This document shows positions 9,181-19,834 of a stretch of DNA of 64,000 nt, piece by piece. The stretch is from a virus (taxonomy: Duplodnaviria; Caudoviricetes), in IMG/VR virus record IMGVR_UViG_3300028887_000078. One strand, 5' to 3'. Under the pieces are notes generated by a model. That model saw only the letters and a list, made by a program, of their open reading frames with translations. It was not told the origin of the DNA and made no database searches. The position numbers were made by a program, and so were the translations under genes. Within the stretch, counting starts at the first letter, position 1; each line of letters begins with the position of its first letter.

Positions 9181-9902
9181 AACACGAACCGAAAATAATA
9201 GTACTGCCCGACATACACGGCAGGAAGTTTTGGATGGACGTGATGGACAACGACTGTGAAATCGTCTTTCTCGGTGACTATCTTGACCCATACCAGCACG
9301 AGGGCATAACGAAAGTGGACGCAATCGAGAACTTCGAGCGCATCATTGAGTTTGCAAAGTCCAATCCAAAAGTGCACCTCCTTTACGGCAACCACGACTG
9401 TGAGTATTCAATCGGAAAGGAAGTCTGCAACTGCCGTTGTGACAATGCGAACTATGACTATATAAGGAACCTTTTCGTAACAAATGAAAACCTGTTCGAG
9501 TTCGTGCATACTGCGGAGGTGAACGGCAGGAAGTTTGTGTTCTCGCACGCGGGATTCCATCCGAGATGGGTTGCACGGCACGGCATAACGCCTGAAACGG
9601 TGAACGGTGTCCGAAACGACAAAACCGCTTGGTTGAAGTTCGTGTCCGCATTGTGCGACGTGTCGAGAATGAGAGGGGGGTGGTCGCCCGCCGGGTCTAT
9701 GATTTGGTCTGACATCCGTGAATATGACGGTACGCCCATTGATTTCGACTACGAACAGGTTGTCGGTCACACCTATCTTATGGACAGACCAATCGGAAAT
9801 GACAAGATAACCTGCATCGACCTGCAACGTCCGTTTATGGTGTGTGGGGACGGTGTTCTCCGTGAAATGGACGGGAATGACATTGACAAAATAATCATTT
9901 AG
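9177..9902 (+). CDS. Calcineurin-like metallophosphoesterase
   Basis: DIHG, GDYLD, GNHD, SHAG and GHT motifs. Confidence 0.92.
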   Translation: MKHEPKIIVLPDIHGRKFWMDVMDNDCEIVFLGDYLDPYQHEGITKVDAIENFERIIEFAKSNPKVHLLYGNHDCEYSIGKEVCNCRCDNANYDYIRNLFVTNENLFEFVHTAEVNGRKFVFSHAGFHPRWVARHGITPETVNGVRNDKTAWLKFVSALCDVSRMRGGWSPAGSMIWSDIREYDGTPIDFDYEQVVGHTYLMDRPIGNDKITCIDLQRPFMVCGDGVLREMDGNDIDKIII

Positions 9903-9905
9903 ACT

Positions 9906-10244
9906 ATGAATACCACTGACAACGAAATTGAAGAAAAGACACTTGCTATAGACAAGGGTATGGACGAGTTCTGTGAAAGTATGCACACGAACATTTCCGA
10001 AACACTCAAACTGTGGGGCGACGTTCTCATAGAGGGTTGCGAACACGGATGGTGCAAAAAAATGAAATTCGACGACAGGGATATTTACTATGCTATGAAA
10101 ATGCTTATTGCAATATGTGAGAACAAGGCAAGAAAAGAAGGCGTTGAAATCAATGAAGTTTCAGATGAAATGTCTGTGCGTGAGTTTATTATGTCGCATT
10201 TCGGATTCATTTTCGATTGGAAACCCGAAACACAGGACGTATAA
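9906..10244 (+). CDS. Hypothetical protein
   Basis: ORF track. Confidence 0.65.
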   Translation: MNTTDNEIEEKTLAIDKGMDEFCESMHTNISETLKLWGDVLIEGCEHGWCKKMKFDDRDIYYAMKMLIAICENKARKEGVEINEVSDEMSVREFIMSHFGFIFDWKPETQDV

Positions 10245-10392
10245 ATATATAGTGAAAAAAAAATTTTCACACACTTGTAAAAAAGCATATTGTTTTTGTT
10301 ATATTAAATCATATCAATCACAAATCAACTGAAAAAAAAAAGCGCGTTTTTTTTATATTTTAACCTATTGAAGAACATTAAAAAAAATTATT

Positions 10393-11289
10393 ATGAACTT
10401 AAAAGATTTAGATTTAAGCAGTGTAATTAACAACATTCCTGAAAACTTGGAAGATATGACGCTTTCCGCGCCGAAGCAGAGTAAGGACGAAAACATCTAT
10501 TCAATCAGTCTCCGCAAGGAAAACCTTACAAGCGGAACCTACAAGGCGAGAATCAGATTCCTCCCCAACTTGGAAAACATCAAGGAAAGCATCATCGCAA
10601 AGATTAACTATTGGTTGACCGACGCCAACAAAGAAAACGGTTTCTACGTCGATTCTCCGAAAAGTATCGGCGAGGACTGCCCTATCTCGAAGACGTATTT
10701 CAAATACAAGGACTCCACCAATCCTGTCGAGCAGAGATATGCTGAAATGCTCAAGATGAACAGACAGTATTTTTCATACGTTCAGATTTTGCAGGATTCC
10801 CAGCATCCGGAACTCGAAGGTCGTGTTATGATTTTCCGCTACGGCACTAAAATCAATGAAAAGATTTCGGAAGAAATGAACGACAAGGATGACGGCGGAA
10901 ACCCGTTCGACCTTATGAACGGACGTGAGTTCAAAATCGAGGTGAAGATGGTTGGTGGTTTCCAAAATTATGATTCCTGCAAATTTGTGGGCGTACGCAC
11001 GCCTGTCACTGTTGACGGAAAGGTATTGGACGCGAACAACCTCAAACTTCTTGAGAAGTTGTACGCAGACGCTCCAGACATCAAGAACTACAAGTTCAAA
11101 CCGTGGACTGCCGAAACCACAGAACGTGTGTATGCAAACCTCAAGACCTACACCAAAGGTTTCACTCCTACTGCAATCGAAAACGCAATGAAACAGGAAA
11201 CGGATGACGATGATGTCAAGTCGCCTGTTGACACAAAGACTTTCGATACAGACGAAACCGATGACTTTCTTGACGGCATCAATCTGTAA
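10393..11289 (+). CDS. T4 gp32-like ssDNA-binding protein
   Basis: ARIRFLP, CPI, PELEGRVMIFRYGTKI, NPFDLMNGREFKI, GFQNYDSCKF, acidic tail. Confidence 0.92.
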   Translation: MNLKDLDLSSVINNIPENLEDMTLSAPKQSKDENIYSISLRKENLTSGTYKARIRFLPNLENIKESIIAKINYWLTDANKENGFYVDSPKSIGEDCPISKTYFKYKDSTNPVEQRYAEMLKMNRQYFSYVQILQDSQHPELEGRVMIFRYGTKINEKISEEMNDKDDGGNPFDLMNGREFKIEVKMVGGFQNYDSCKFVGVRTPVTVDGKVLDANNLKLLEKLYADAPDIKNYKFKPWTAETTERVYANLKTYTKGFTPTAIENAMKQETDDDDVKSPVDTKTFDTDETDDFLDGINL

Positions 11290-11319
11290 CGTCTTATCCA
11301 TTAAATAACCCGCTTCTTG

Positions 11320-11345
11320 GAACGGGGTGTGTATGCACCCCGTTC
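11320..11345 (+). other. Perfect 10-bp hairpin in gp32 3' intergenic region
   Basis: GAACGGGGTG-TGTATG-CACCCCGTTC, without a U-tract. Confidence 0.55.
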
Positions 11346-11370
11346 GGAGGGGCAAAAAACCAAAATTGAA

Positions 11371-12084
11371 ATGAGTTCAAACACTGAAAAAGAAAACAAG
11401 GCAGTTGCCGAAGAAGTGAAAGAAGTTGTTGAGACCGAAGTCAACGCAAATGGTGCCACTATGAATGTAGATGAACAAGACAAAGGTGGCACTGACGCAA
11501 CCCCTCTCCAAAAGAAAAGCGACCTCATCAAGGAGCAGATTGAACTTGAAAAGCAGTATGAGGACGGAACCGTCACTATGCTTGAAGAAACCTACTCTGT
11601 GAAAATCGGTTCAAAGGGAAATTTCGACAGACTTGTCAAGATGGTTGAACACGACTTTGAGTTCAACTACAACACGGCAACTGGTCTCGCGCTGCTTTAC
11701 TCCAACCTCAAACAGCAGAAACCTTTCACCCGTGAGGAGGAATGGAACGGGAACATCTTCCTGAAAACTTCAAGTTGCCTTATGATGTGGCAGTTTATCA
11801 CCACCTATAAGGGAACGGGTTTCTTTGACGCGAGAGCGTTCTTGGAGATGATACAGTTCGTGGGTCCAGAACTCTCAAAGCACGTCCGCACCATCAATGA
11901 CAAACAGAAGGCATTGCGCGGACTCCACCTCCGCCTTGATGAAATCGACAACCTCCTTGACGCAGGAAAGTATGAAAACGACCTGACCGAAGATGAGGAA
12001 AAGAAACTTGTCGAGGAACTGAAAAACGTCATCAAGAAAGAGCGTGAAATTGAGGACGAGGTAAACCCTGAAGTCCAACTTTAG
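11371..12084 (+). CDS. Hypothetical protein
   Basis: ATG 11371 MSSNTEKE...; ends in TAG before a terminator-like hairpin. Confidence 0.75.
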   Translation: MSSNTEKENKAVAEEVKEVVETEVNANGATMNVDEQDKGGTDATPLQKKSDLIKEQIELEKQYEDGTVTMLEETYSVKIGSKGNFDRLVKMVEHDFEFNYNTATGLALLYSNLKQQKPFTREEEWNGNIFLKTSSCLMMWQFITTYKGTGFFDARAFLEMIQFVGPELSKHVRTINDKQKALRGLHLRLDEIDNLLDAGKYENDLTEDEEKKLVEELKNVIKKEREIEDEVNPEVQL

Positions 12085-12202
12085 TTGTGTATTCTTCTTG
12101 TTTTTCATATTACTTTTTTGAGTGGGGGGTTGGGGTTTTTCAATCCCCCATTTTTATAAATATCTGAAAATGTTAAAAATATAAAGAATTTACAAAGAAT
12201 TT

Positions 12203-13720
12203 ATGATAGTTAATTTGAATGATGACAAAAGGTTTTTCGTTGTGAGCGATTGTTCGCAGACGGAGTATGACCAACTGAAGTTTGCATACACGAAAAAAGT
12301 TGATGGATACCGCCACAACCCTCTGTTCAAGAAGAAACTGTGGGACGGCAACATATCCTTCATATACGGCGCGAGCATTCCTTCAGGGACTTGGTCTTAT
12401 CTTATGGACACCGCAAAGACCTGCGGTTGGGAACTTGAAATCAACGGCATTGAGAGACTGTTTGACTGCGACATCACAATGGAATCCTATAAGGAATGGG
12501 TTGACGGGTTTTTCAACGGCACCAAATTCACTCCGAGAGACTATCAGATTGAAGCAGCATACAACATATTGAAATACAAGAAGAGCATTTCGGAACTCGC
12601 CACCTCTGCCGGTAAGACTCTCATTTGCTTTATGGTGATTGCATATTTGCTTGACAACAAAATCATAAACGGAAAAATCCTGATGATTGTACCGACCGTG
12701 CAACTTGTCTTGCAGTCGGCGGGCGACTTTGAGGAATACAACACCGACAAACTGCCGATAAAGATACAGCAGATTTATGCAGGGTTCAAGGAAAAACCTG
12801 ACAACAACATATATGTCGGCACATTCCAAACATTGACAAAAATGCCGCCTGAATGGTTCAGTCAGTTCGGTTGCGTGATTGTCGACGAAACCCACAGGGC
12901 GAATGCCAAAAGCATAAAGGACATCCTTGAGCACTGTTGGCACTGCGACTACCGTTTCGGGGTATCGGGAACCCTCCCGAACAAAAAGACAGCGGATTGG
13001 TTGACGCTTTTGACGTATCTCGGTCCGCTTGTCACGGAGGTGAAGGCGAAGGAATTGCAGGACACAGGATACATATCCAACTGCGACATTGTTCAAATCC
13101 GTATGGACTATGTGTCGGAACAGAAGAAGGGTGAGTTCGCCGCCGCGTACAAAATGTTTATGCAGTCGAAAAACGGAAAGGACGCGTTCAATCTCGAAAG
13201 GGCGTACATCATAGAGAACGAGAAACGCTTCAAGTTCATAGCAGGCATCATATCCAAGACCACAAAGAACACACTCGTTCTTTTCCACCGCATCATCTAC
13301 GGAAAAAAGATATTCAAGTATCTGAAGGAACACTGCACCGACAAACGTGTATACTACATTGACGGAGACATAGACAAGGACATTCGGAAAGAAATAACCA
13401 ACCGTATGGACAAGTATGACGACGTGATACTTGTGGCGAGTTTCGCCACGCTTTCAACAGGTGTCAGCGTGAACCACATCTACAATGTCATATTCACGGA
13501 GAGTTTCAAGTCGCCGTTTGTCATCATTCAGTCAATCGGCAGAAGTCTGCGTCTGAAAGACAAGGAAAACACGGAGAAAAACAGGGCGACCATCATAGAC
13601 CTTGTGGACGATTTCAGGTGCGGAAAATATACAAACTATCTGTACAGGCACGGACTTGACAGAATGCGACTTTACAAGGAACAACAATATCCTGTATCTA
13701 TAAGAAAAGTGAAATTTTAA
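12203..13720 (+). CDS. uvsW: UvsW-like SF2 helicase
   Basis: PRDYQ, ATSAGKT, VDETH, GVSGT, QSIGRSLR. Confidence 0.93.
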   Translation: MIVNLNDDKRFFVVSDCSQTEYDQLKFAYTKKVDGYRHNPLFKKKLWDGNISFIYGASIPSGTWSYLMDTAKTCGWELEINGIERLFDCDITMESYKEWVDGFFNGTKFTPRDYQIEAAYNILKYKKSISELATSAGKTLICFMVIAYLLDNKIINGKILMIVPTVQLVLQSAGDFEEYNTDKLPIKIQQIYAGFKEKPDNNIYVGTFQTLTKMPPEWFSQFGCVIVDETHRANAKSIKDILEHCWHCDYRFGVSGTLPNKKTADWLTLLTYLGPLVTEVKAKELQDTGYISNCDIVQIRMDYVSEQKKGEFAAAYKMFMQSKNGKDAFNLERAYIIENEKRFKFIAGIISKTTKNTLVLFHRIIYGKKIFKYLKEHCTDKRVYYIDGDIDKDIRKEITNRMDKYDDVILVASFATLSTGVSVNHIYNVIFTESFKSPFVIIQSIGRSLRLKDKENTEKNRATIIDLVDDFRCGKYTNYLYRHGLDRMRLYKEQQYPVSIRKVKF

Positions 13721-14190
13721 TGAGTATGGAAAACATTGACAAAATAAAAAACCTAATCGGATTGGAACTGTCCGACATCGAGGCGCAGACTATTGACAGA
13801 TGGTATCAGGAACACCCTTCCTGCACACACGGGGCATACCTTTCAATGATTAAGGAAATCAAGAAAAAGGACATAAACGAACTTATGAAGAAAAGAAGGG
13901 ACTTTTTCTATTCATTGCCTTCAAAGGTGTTCGTGTCAAAAAAGGGGTTCAGCGTCACATACTATGTGTTTGACCAATGCAATTTCGAGTATTCGGAATA
14001 CGACGGTTGGAACTGCGATACCATAACATTTGACATCGTTGGCGACAGAATCGCATCGTTCAGAACAGGAAAACTTTTTGTGTCGATGGCAAACTGTTCA
14101 ATGTTCGAGTCTATGAAGGAAAGTACCATTGATGAAATCGACAATCTTTCAAAACAAATCTATCAAAATATCAAAAACATAATCTGTTAA
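13720..14190 (+). CDS. Hypothetical protein
   Basis: ORF track; TAATG coupling. Confidence 0.65.
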   Translation: MSMENIDKIKNLIGLELSDIEAQTIDRWYQEHPSCTHGAYLSMIKEIKKKDINELMKKRRDFFYSLPSKVFVSKKGFSVTYYVFDQCNFEYSEYDGWNCDTITFDIVGDRIASFRTGKLFVSMANCSMFESMKESTIDEIDNLSKQIYQNIKNIIC

Positions 14191-14203
14191 AAAACAAAAG
14201 TTT

Positions 14204-15826
14204 ATGAAAAAGGACATTTTTACAAAATCGGAAAATTTCAAGGAAGAATACTCTGCTACAATCGTCAGGGTTGGTGAACTCAAGGACATCGAGAACTCCG
14301 ACAACCTCAAGCAGGCAATCATAGACGGGTTCTCCGTCGTGGTGAACAAGAATGACGTGAGTGAAGGCGACCTTATGGTCTATTGCAAGAATGAAACGCA
14401 ACTGAACTCGTCATTCCTTTCGGTGAATAATATGTATGAAATCGGAGAGCGACACCTCAACGCAAATGCGGATGTGGTTGAGCAACTCATCGCCGAAGGC
14501 AAAAACGACGAGGCGAAGGCGAAAGTCGGTTACTTCAACAAACACGGTCGTGTCAAGATGATTAAACTGCGCGGTTGCCCATCTATGGGTGTGCTCATAC
14601 GTTTCGATTCCCTTGTGAATTGGGACAACGAACTTACCGACGTGAAACTTGAAGACTATGTGAAGTATGACGAAAACGGAAACTTCATCCCGTTCGACTT
14701 CGACACTGTGAACAGCAAACTTTTCGTCAAGGCGTATGTGCCGAAAGTGAACCCTTGCAGAAGCGGAGGCGGAAGCGGGAACAAGAGAAACAACAAAATC
14801 AAACGCTTCGACCGTATGATTGAAGGCGAGTTCGCATTTCACTATGACACGAACCAACTCAACTCAAATATGTGGAGACTCACTCCCGACACGGAGGTCT
14901 ATATCAGCACGAAAGTACACGGCACATCCATCTGTCTCGGAAACGTGCTTGTGAAGAAACCGACCCTGATGAACAAAATCCGTGACTTTTTCAATGCAAT
15001 CAAAGACCGCAAAATCAGAAAGATTGAGAAACAAATCGGAAAAATCAATATGGGTTCAGGTGGAAGCGACTTGTCAGACGCCCACACAAGATTGATTTCC
15101 GAACTGCAAAAGAAGTCCACGAGATTGGAGAACCGCAAGTTCAAGAATTTTGACACCGAATACTACAACGTGTATTCATCAAGAACCGTCATCAAGAACC
15201 AATACATCAACAAGCAGGTGAACAGCGGTTTCTACTCCGTCGACGTTTGGGGTGAATACAATGAACTTCTTAAAGGCAAAATTCCGCAGAACATCACCAT
15301 CTATGGAGAGATTGTGGGATACCTCACTGGTTCCGACAAAATGATTCAGAAGGGTTATGACTATGGATGCGACAAGGGAACAAACAAACTTATGATTTAC
15401 CGCGTCACAGAAAAAGTGGCGGACGGCACACATAGGGAATACGACATCGACGAGGTTGTCAACTTCACGCAGTCGCTGCTCGACAACTATCCTGAAATCA
15501 GTGAAAGGATACTTCCCTATACCCTTCTGTACCACGGCAAACTCTCCGAACTCTATCCGCAGATAGACACTCAAAACCATTGGAACGAAAACGTCCTTGA
15601 GGCGATGAAGAACGACAGGCAGACCTTCGGAATGGAACTCGACGAACCTATGTGCAGGAATAAGGTTCCGAGAGAGGGAATCTGCCTGCGAATCGCGAAC
15701 GACCCCGTAAAGGAGTGCTTCAAACTCAAATGCCTCACTTTCTTGGGCAAGGAAGCGAAGGAAATCGACAAGGGCGAAGTTGACATCGAGATGATGGACA
15801 ACTATGTCGGAGATGATGAAAACTAA
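14204..15826 (+). CDS. ATP-dependent RNA ligase (DRB0094/Rnl5-like, N-terminal OB fold)
   Basis: Motif I TKVHGT, YGEIVG, REGICLR, FKLK; N-terminal IENSDNL...GDL and KLRGCPSMG. Confidence 0.85.
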   Translation: MKKDIFTKSENFKEEYSATIVRVGELKDIENSDNLKQAIIDGFSVVVNKNDVSEGDLMVYCKNETQLNSSFLSVNNMYEIGERHLNANADVVEQLIAEGKNDEAKAKVGYFNKHGRVKMIKLRGCPSMGVLIRFDSLVNWDNELTDVKLEDYVKYDENGNFIPFDFDTVNSKLFVKAYVPKVNPCRSGGGSGNKRNNKIKRFDRMIEGEFAFHYDTNQLNSNMWRLTPDTEVYISTKVHGTSICLGNVLVKKPTLMNKIRDFFNAIKDRKIRKIEKQIGKINMGSGGSDLSDAHTRLISELQKKSTRLENRKFKNFDTEYYNVYSSRTVIKNQYINKQVNSGFYSVDVWGEYNELLKGKIPQNITIYGEIVGYLTGSDKMIQKGYDYGCDKGTNKLMIYRVTEKVADGTHREYDIDEVVNFTQSLLDNYPEISERILPYTLLYHGKLSELYPQIDTQNHWNENVLEAMKNDRQTFGMELDEPMCRNKVPREGICLRIANDPVKECFKLKCLTFLGKEAKEIDKGEVDIEMMDNYVGDDEN

Positions 15827-15878
15827 TTGCTTTTTGCAAAACCTTTCATAAATTTTAGTTTTTATTGTTATTATGCGA

Positions 15879-15904
15879 ATCAGGCGGGAAAATTCCCGCC
15901 TGAT
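15879..15904. terminator. Terminator-like hairpin
   Basis: ATCAGGCGGG-AAAATT-CCCGCCTGAT followed by TTGTTT. Confidence 0.7.
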
Positions 15905-15915
15905 TTGTTTATGCA

Positions 15916-15934
15916 GATATATCAATGATATATC
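15916..15934. promoter_or_regulatory. GATATATC-N3-GATATATC box
   Basis: Perfect copy, spacer AAT. Confidence 0.75.
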
Positions 15935-16157
15935 GTGATTATTTCAACTTTCAAAACCGTTCACTTTCAGGAACTCCTTGATGTTTTCAAGTCCAAACGC
16001 TTGGTTTGGGCGGATGTTGTAGTGCGGTATGTCGTCTTTAACGGAATTGTTTATATAAAAAGTGCATCGCTTTCCATTATATTCAATAAATGGACAACCT
16101 ATGAAGGACAGAGTATAACATAATCGCCGAACACATTTGACAAAAACAGGAGGAACA

Positions 16158-16487
16158 ATGAAACTGACGGACACCAATGTATTGGCACCAAAAAGGCAAC
16201 CAGACATATCACACCTTGTTTCCGACCATCTGAACTACGATAACTACGACGGTACATTGCACGTGTGCATAATCAACCGAAAAGACAGTCACATCACGGA
16301 GTTCAATATCAGGTTCATAAACGAAGGTATGTCCACATACCTGCGCAGAATACTTGATGTACTTGACTTGGATATAAGCGAGGAGATAAAGTTGGACGCG
16401 ATAAGGGAATACTTCTACCGATGCTTCTGTGTAAAACTGTTGGAGGAAGTACACGACATAATCAGTGTGAATGTAACATACAAATAG
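16158..16487 (+). CDS. MRISE-motif family protein (MKLTDT)
   Basis: N-terminal motif; body resembles 50923..51270. Confidence 0.8.
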   Translation: MKLTDTNVLAPKRQPDISHLVSDHLNYDNYDGTLHVCIINRKDSHITEFNIRFINEGMSTYLRRILDVLDLDISEEIKLDAIREYFYRCFCVKLLEEVHDIISVNVTYK

Positions 16488-16490
16488 ACT

Positions 16491-16874
16491 ATGAGAATAA
16501 CTGAAAGCGGAAACATAAGGGAATCACTGATAAAGGACAAGTTTGACAAGGTGTTCTATGACGACAGGTATGTTGTTGATGAGAGTGCATACGACACAGT
16601 GCTGTATGTTCAGTTCAGGTCGGAAAAAGACCCCAATGACATCCTGACCTACAAGATATTATTCTATGAGGACTACAACAAGAGCAGTGACGATATGCAC
16701 AAACTTGTCGTGACGCTTATGAAGGATGAAACTATGGACACCTGCGACAACGCGGTGAAGGAGTACCTGTTCAAGCATCAAGGTGTGATATTCGGTGACA
16801 TTGAGATAAACGGGGTGGTTTACAACAACCCCTACAAAGTGGTCAGCACAATGATTAAAAGCGCAAGGATATGA
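16491..16874 (+). CDS. MRISE-motif family protein (MRITES)
   Basis: Motif; clear paralog of 50486..50926. Confidence 0.85.
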   Translation: MRITESGNIRESLIKDKFDKVFYDDRYVVDESAYDTVLYVQFRSEKDPNDILTYKILFYEDYNKSSDDMHKLVVTLMKDETMDTCDNAVKEYLFKHQGVIFGDIEINGVVYNNPYKVVSTMIKSARI

Positions 16875-17368
16875 AAATCACAGAAAGCGGCATTTCGGAA
16901 ACTCTTGAAATGGACAATCCCATATTGGTGGACTCCAATGTCATAATTGACAACGGATACGGGAATTACACCCACAAACTCATAATCGCCTATTTTGGAG
17001 ATGGATACCATACACATTTCAGAATACTGTTCAATCCTGAAACGATGAGCATCAAACTGCACAACGCATTCTTACAGGCGGACATTGACCCTTATAACAT
17101 AAATCAGTGCAATGTTCCAAACGAAACCGACAATTTTGAACTTATAAAATGCGTGTACTACGATTTTGACAAGGAGACCGACAAGAAGAAATACAACGGC
17201 ATCAAAGAATATGTAAACTCCATAAAGCACAACAACCACCCAAATATTGAAATCATATATGGCATCAAGATAAACAAAGGTGAGTACTCTGCAAGCAGAG
17301 GCACTTATTCGGTGAAGGTGTCAGGCGGTTACTACCATACGACAAACATAACGGCGAAGAATATATGA
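16871..17368 (+). CDS. MRISE-motif family protein (MKITES)
   Basis: Motif; ATGA overlaps. Confidence 0.8.
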   Translation: MKITESGISETLEMDNPILVDSNVIIDNGYGNYTHKLIIAYFGDGYHTHFRILFNPETMSIKLHNAFLQADIDPYNINQCNVPNETDNFELIKCVYYDFDKETDKKKYNGIKEYVNSIKHNNHPNIEIIYGIKINKGEYSASRGTYSVKVSGGYYHTTNITAKNI

Positions 17369-17814
17369 AACTATCGGACACGGACAAATTCAAGGGGAAC
17401 AAACTCACCGACAACGGGGAGTATTACATAAACGACTATGAGGGCGGCAAACCTTCGGGTGGCATCATCGTTGAGATAACCTGCGCCTCCGAGACCTACC
17501 AATTCAACATATACTATGACCTGTTGCGGGTCAGCAGGGAGGTCGCGCAAATCCTTGACGGGATAGAGAAGCACAAGAACAGATACAACGGTATCACGAA
17601 AAAGGAGGGTGACAACAACGCCGCCGAACTTTGTGCCAACATCCTCAAATACCTGAACAAGACATACCCTGAAATAACGACCGACGGGACATACAGGGTG
17701 ACGGGATGGAGCAACTACATATATGCGCCGTTCCAAGTGAATGTGGTCGGTGTGAACGGCATATCGGGTGTGACCGTGAACACAACAATAGGAAATTCAA
17801 ACTACGCGATATGA
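17365..17814 (+). CDS. MRISE-motif family protein (MKLSDT)
   Basis: Motif; paralog of 50017..50499. Confidence 0.85.
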   Translation: MKLSDTDKFKGNKLTDNGEYYINDYEGGKPSGGIIVEITCASETYQFNIYYDLLRVSREVAQILDGIEKHKNRYNGITKKEGDNNAAELCANILKYLNKTYPEITTDGTYRVTGWSNYIYAPFQVNVVGVNGISGVTVNTTIGNSNYAI

Positions 17815-18215
17815 GAATAACACAATCCGACAGTATGGTGAAGGAGGTCATTGATACCTGTGGGAACATTGACGTGTTTGACACCACGTCTGCATACAAC
17901 GATGTGTGCGCTATCTTGGACGGCGGTAAGGCGAAGAACTGCCTCCGCTATGCCGTTCTCGGAATCACAAGGGACAGGAAAGGTGCGGTCATCAGGATAT
18001 GGTACAACGACGGAATGGAGTCAAAGCAACTTATGAGGGTGCTGCGGACGATAGCGAACAGGGACTTCATCACAACGAAGAGTTGGTACGGTGTTGTTCT
18101 CGGATATTTCTGCCGCTACCTGAACGAGACCGCCAACAAGGACATCTTTCCGAAATGGTACAGTATGCGCAGTGCGAATGCGAAAAAAATGAAGGATATG
18201 AGCATACATATCTGA
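17811..18215 (+). CDS. MRISE-motif family protein (MRITQS)
   Basis: ATG 17811 by ATGA overlap; DVFDT..AY and RIWY shared with 48241..48648 and 49631..50020. Confidence 0.8.
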   Translation: MRITQSDSMVKEVIDTCGNIDVFDTTSAYNDVCAILDGGKAKNCLRYAVLGITRDRKGAVIRIWYNDGMESKQLMRVLRTIANRDFITTKSWYGVVLGYFCRYLNETANKDIFPKWYSMRSANAKKMKDMSIHI

Positions 18216-18244
18216 AATTTTCATTATATTCAATAAAAAGAACT

Positions 18245-18517
18245 ATGCGGATAAGCGAGTCAGACGAATTTGGCAGTGAAATCTATGATGGGGAAGTTTT
18301 TGACCTGTATGACGATTTTGCAGTATATCACGCTATGGCGAGGTTCTTGAATCAAGGGGTGAATATTCCGCCAAACATTATGTATGTGGAATTGGGGTTT
18401 ACAACAGTTTATTGAAAATCTAATAAAATCTATGAAAAACTGATAAAAACCAACCGATATAAATCTATGCACAGTCCGAACAAATATGAGATGAAACAAA
18501 TGGAGATTGGAATATGA
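18245..18517 (+). pseudogene. MRISE-motif gene (MRISES) interrupted by in-frame TGA at 18413-18415
   Basis: Frame stays open 33 codons past the TGA and ends in an ATGA overlap with the next gene. Confidence 0.7.
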
Positions 18518-18960
18518 GAATAAGCGACAACACAATTCTTAAAGACCTTGCCGACACGGGAGTCCGCCACATAGATTGGGCAGACGGAAGTTGGGGAAAC
18601 GGTGTGCCGTTCTGCAACCTGTTCACCCTCGCCACCATAAAGTTGTTTGACGGGAAAGGCGGCGTGCTTGAAGAACCGCAGACACTTGAGTTCAACGCCA
18701 CATCCTACCAATTTGCCCGCGTATCCTGCGCTATGAGCGAGATAATAAAAGGGGCGATAGCCATCAAGGAACTCCGTGAGAGCGGAATAAACGGAAAGGA
18801 GATGGAGATGAAGGAGACCTTGCAGACACTTGAACGCAAGGTTAGGAACTACATATCCCAAGTGGCGATTGGTCGCGACATCCTCTGTCTGACGGAACTG
18901 CAAACATTTGACATAAGACTGTATGACGATGACGGGAAGGAGATGTTCAGACTGCTATGA
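18514..18960 (+). CDS. MRISE-motif family protein (MRISDN)
   Basis: Motif; ORF track. Confidence 0.8.
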   Translation: MRISDNTILKDLADTGVRHIDWADGSWGNGVPFCNLFTLATIKLFDGKGGVLEEPQTLEFNATSYQFARVSCAMSEIIKGAIAIKELRESGINGKEMEMKETLQTLERKVRNYISQVAIGRDILCLTELQTFDIRLYDDDGKEMFRLL

Positions 18961-19065
18961 GAGCAACAATCTTATGGAATCGTGTGTGACACTTTTGGAA
19001 CGTATGACAATATCAATGATGTATCATATTTTTCAAATTTTCATTATATTCAATAAAAGAAGTAT

Positions 19066-19329
19066 ATGAAAATACAGACAACAGACGAGTACGCGGGCAA
19101 CGTCCTTTACCGATGGCGGGAGTCATTCAACAACGTGTGGCACGAGACACGGTGCGAGGTTATTTCACACAACGACAAGACCGCCGTCATAAAACTTCTC
19201 GGTTTCGGAAAGGACGGAAGAAGACCAGGTTCCCAAATGCGTGTCAAACTGACATCGCTCGTCGGTTTCAAACAGGAAACTCCGAAAGAGGTCGATGACA
19301 AGTGGAAAGGTTACACCTATTTCGACTAA
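19066..19329 (+). CDS. Hypothetical protein
   Basis: ORF track; TTATATTCAA at 19044. Confidence 0.7.
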   Translation: MKIQTTDEYAGNVLYRWRESFNNVWHETRCEVISHNDKTAVIKLLGFGKDGRRPGSQMRVKLTSLVGFKQETPKEVDDKWKGYTYFD

Positions 19330-19760
19330 CACTCGTCGTACAACCGCTTGAGGTCTATGTCCCTGTGGTTTACCGTGAAGTCGATGAACAGTTGTTCGTA
19401 TGGCGTCAGTTGTTTGCTTGATATGTTAAACCCGAACGGTATGTTGAAGTATTTGATAATCTTCATATACATCTTTGCAATCTTTTGGACGATTGCCTGC
19501 GAGTTCATATAAAGCGTTTCAAAATACTCTATCAGGTCGCGGAGTTCTTCCGCAGGGATTGGGTTCTCCTGTGTGTATTCGTTTTTCACAATCTTGAACA
19601 CCGCGTCGTAGAACGGTTTCCTGCCGTTCTCAATCTCGCCGAGTCTGTATTTTTTCATCAAAGGTTTGTTCCTGTATTCGTTCAGTTTCCCTGAAAGGAA
19701 CTCCGATATGCTTTCCGTCATACGCTCGGAAAATTCACTCATACTCATAATGTGTGTCAC
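19326..19760 (-). CDS. Protein with capsid-targeting-like N-terminus (MTHIMSMSEF)
   Basis: TATAAATA at 19781-19788; motif followed by KLNE. Confidence 0.75.
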   Translation of the reverse strand: MTHIMSMSEFSERMTESISEFLSGKLNEYRNKPLMKKYRLGEIENGRKPFYDAVFKIVKNEYTQENPIPAEELRDLIEYFETLYMNSQAIVQKIAKMYMKIIKYFNIPFGFNISSKQLTPYEQLFIDFTVNHRDIDLKRLYDEC

Positions 19761-19806
19761 TGGACTTTGTATATTTTATCTATTTATAAGGTTACATTTC
19801 TTTATA

Positions 19807-19825
19807 AATATATCGTTGATATATC
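19807..19825. promoter_or_regulatory. GATATATC-N3-GATATATC box
   Basis: AATATATC GTT GATATATC overlapping late promoter 19803. Confidence 0.65.
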
Positions 19826-19834
19826 GCAAGGATT

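Noticed and set aside
12383-13333. Long antisense ORFs opposite core genes (also 27294..27917, 15179..15925 and others)
   Set aside because: Expected shadows of biased codon usage; no motifs or promoters support them.
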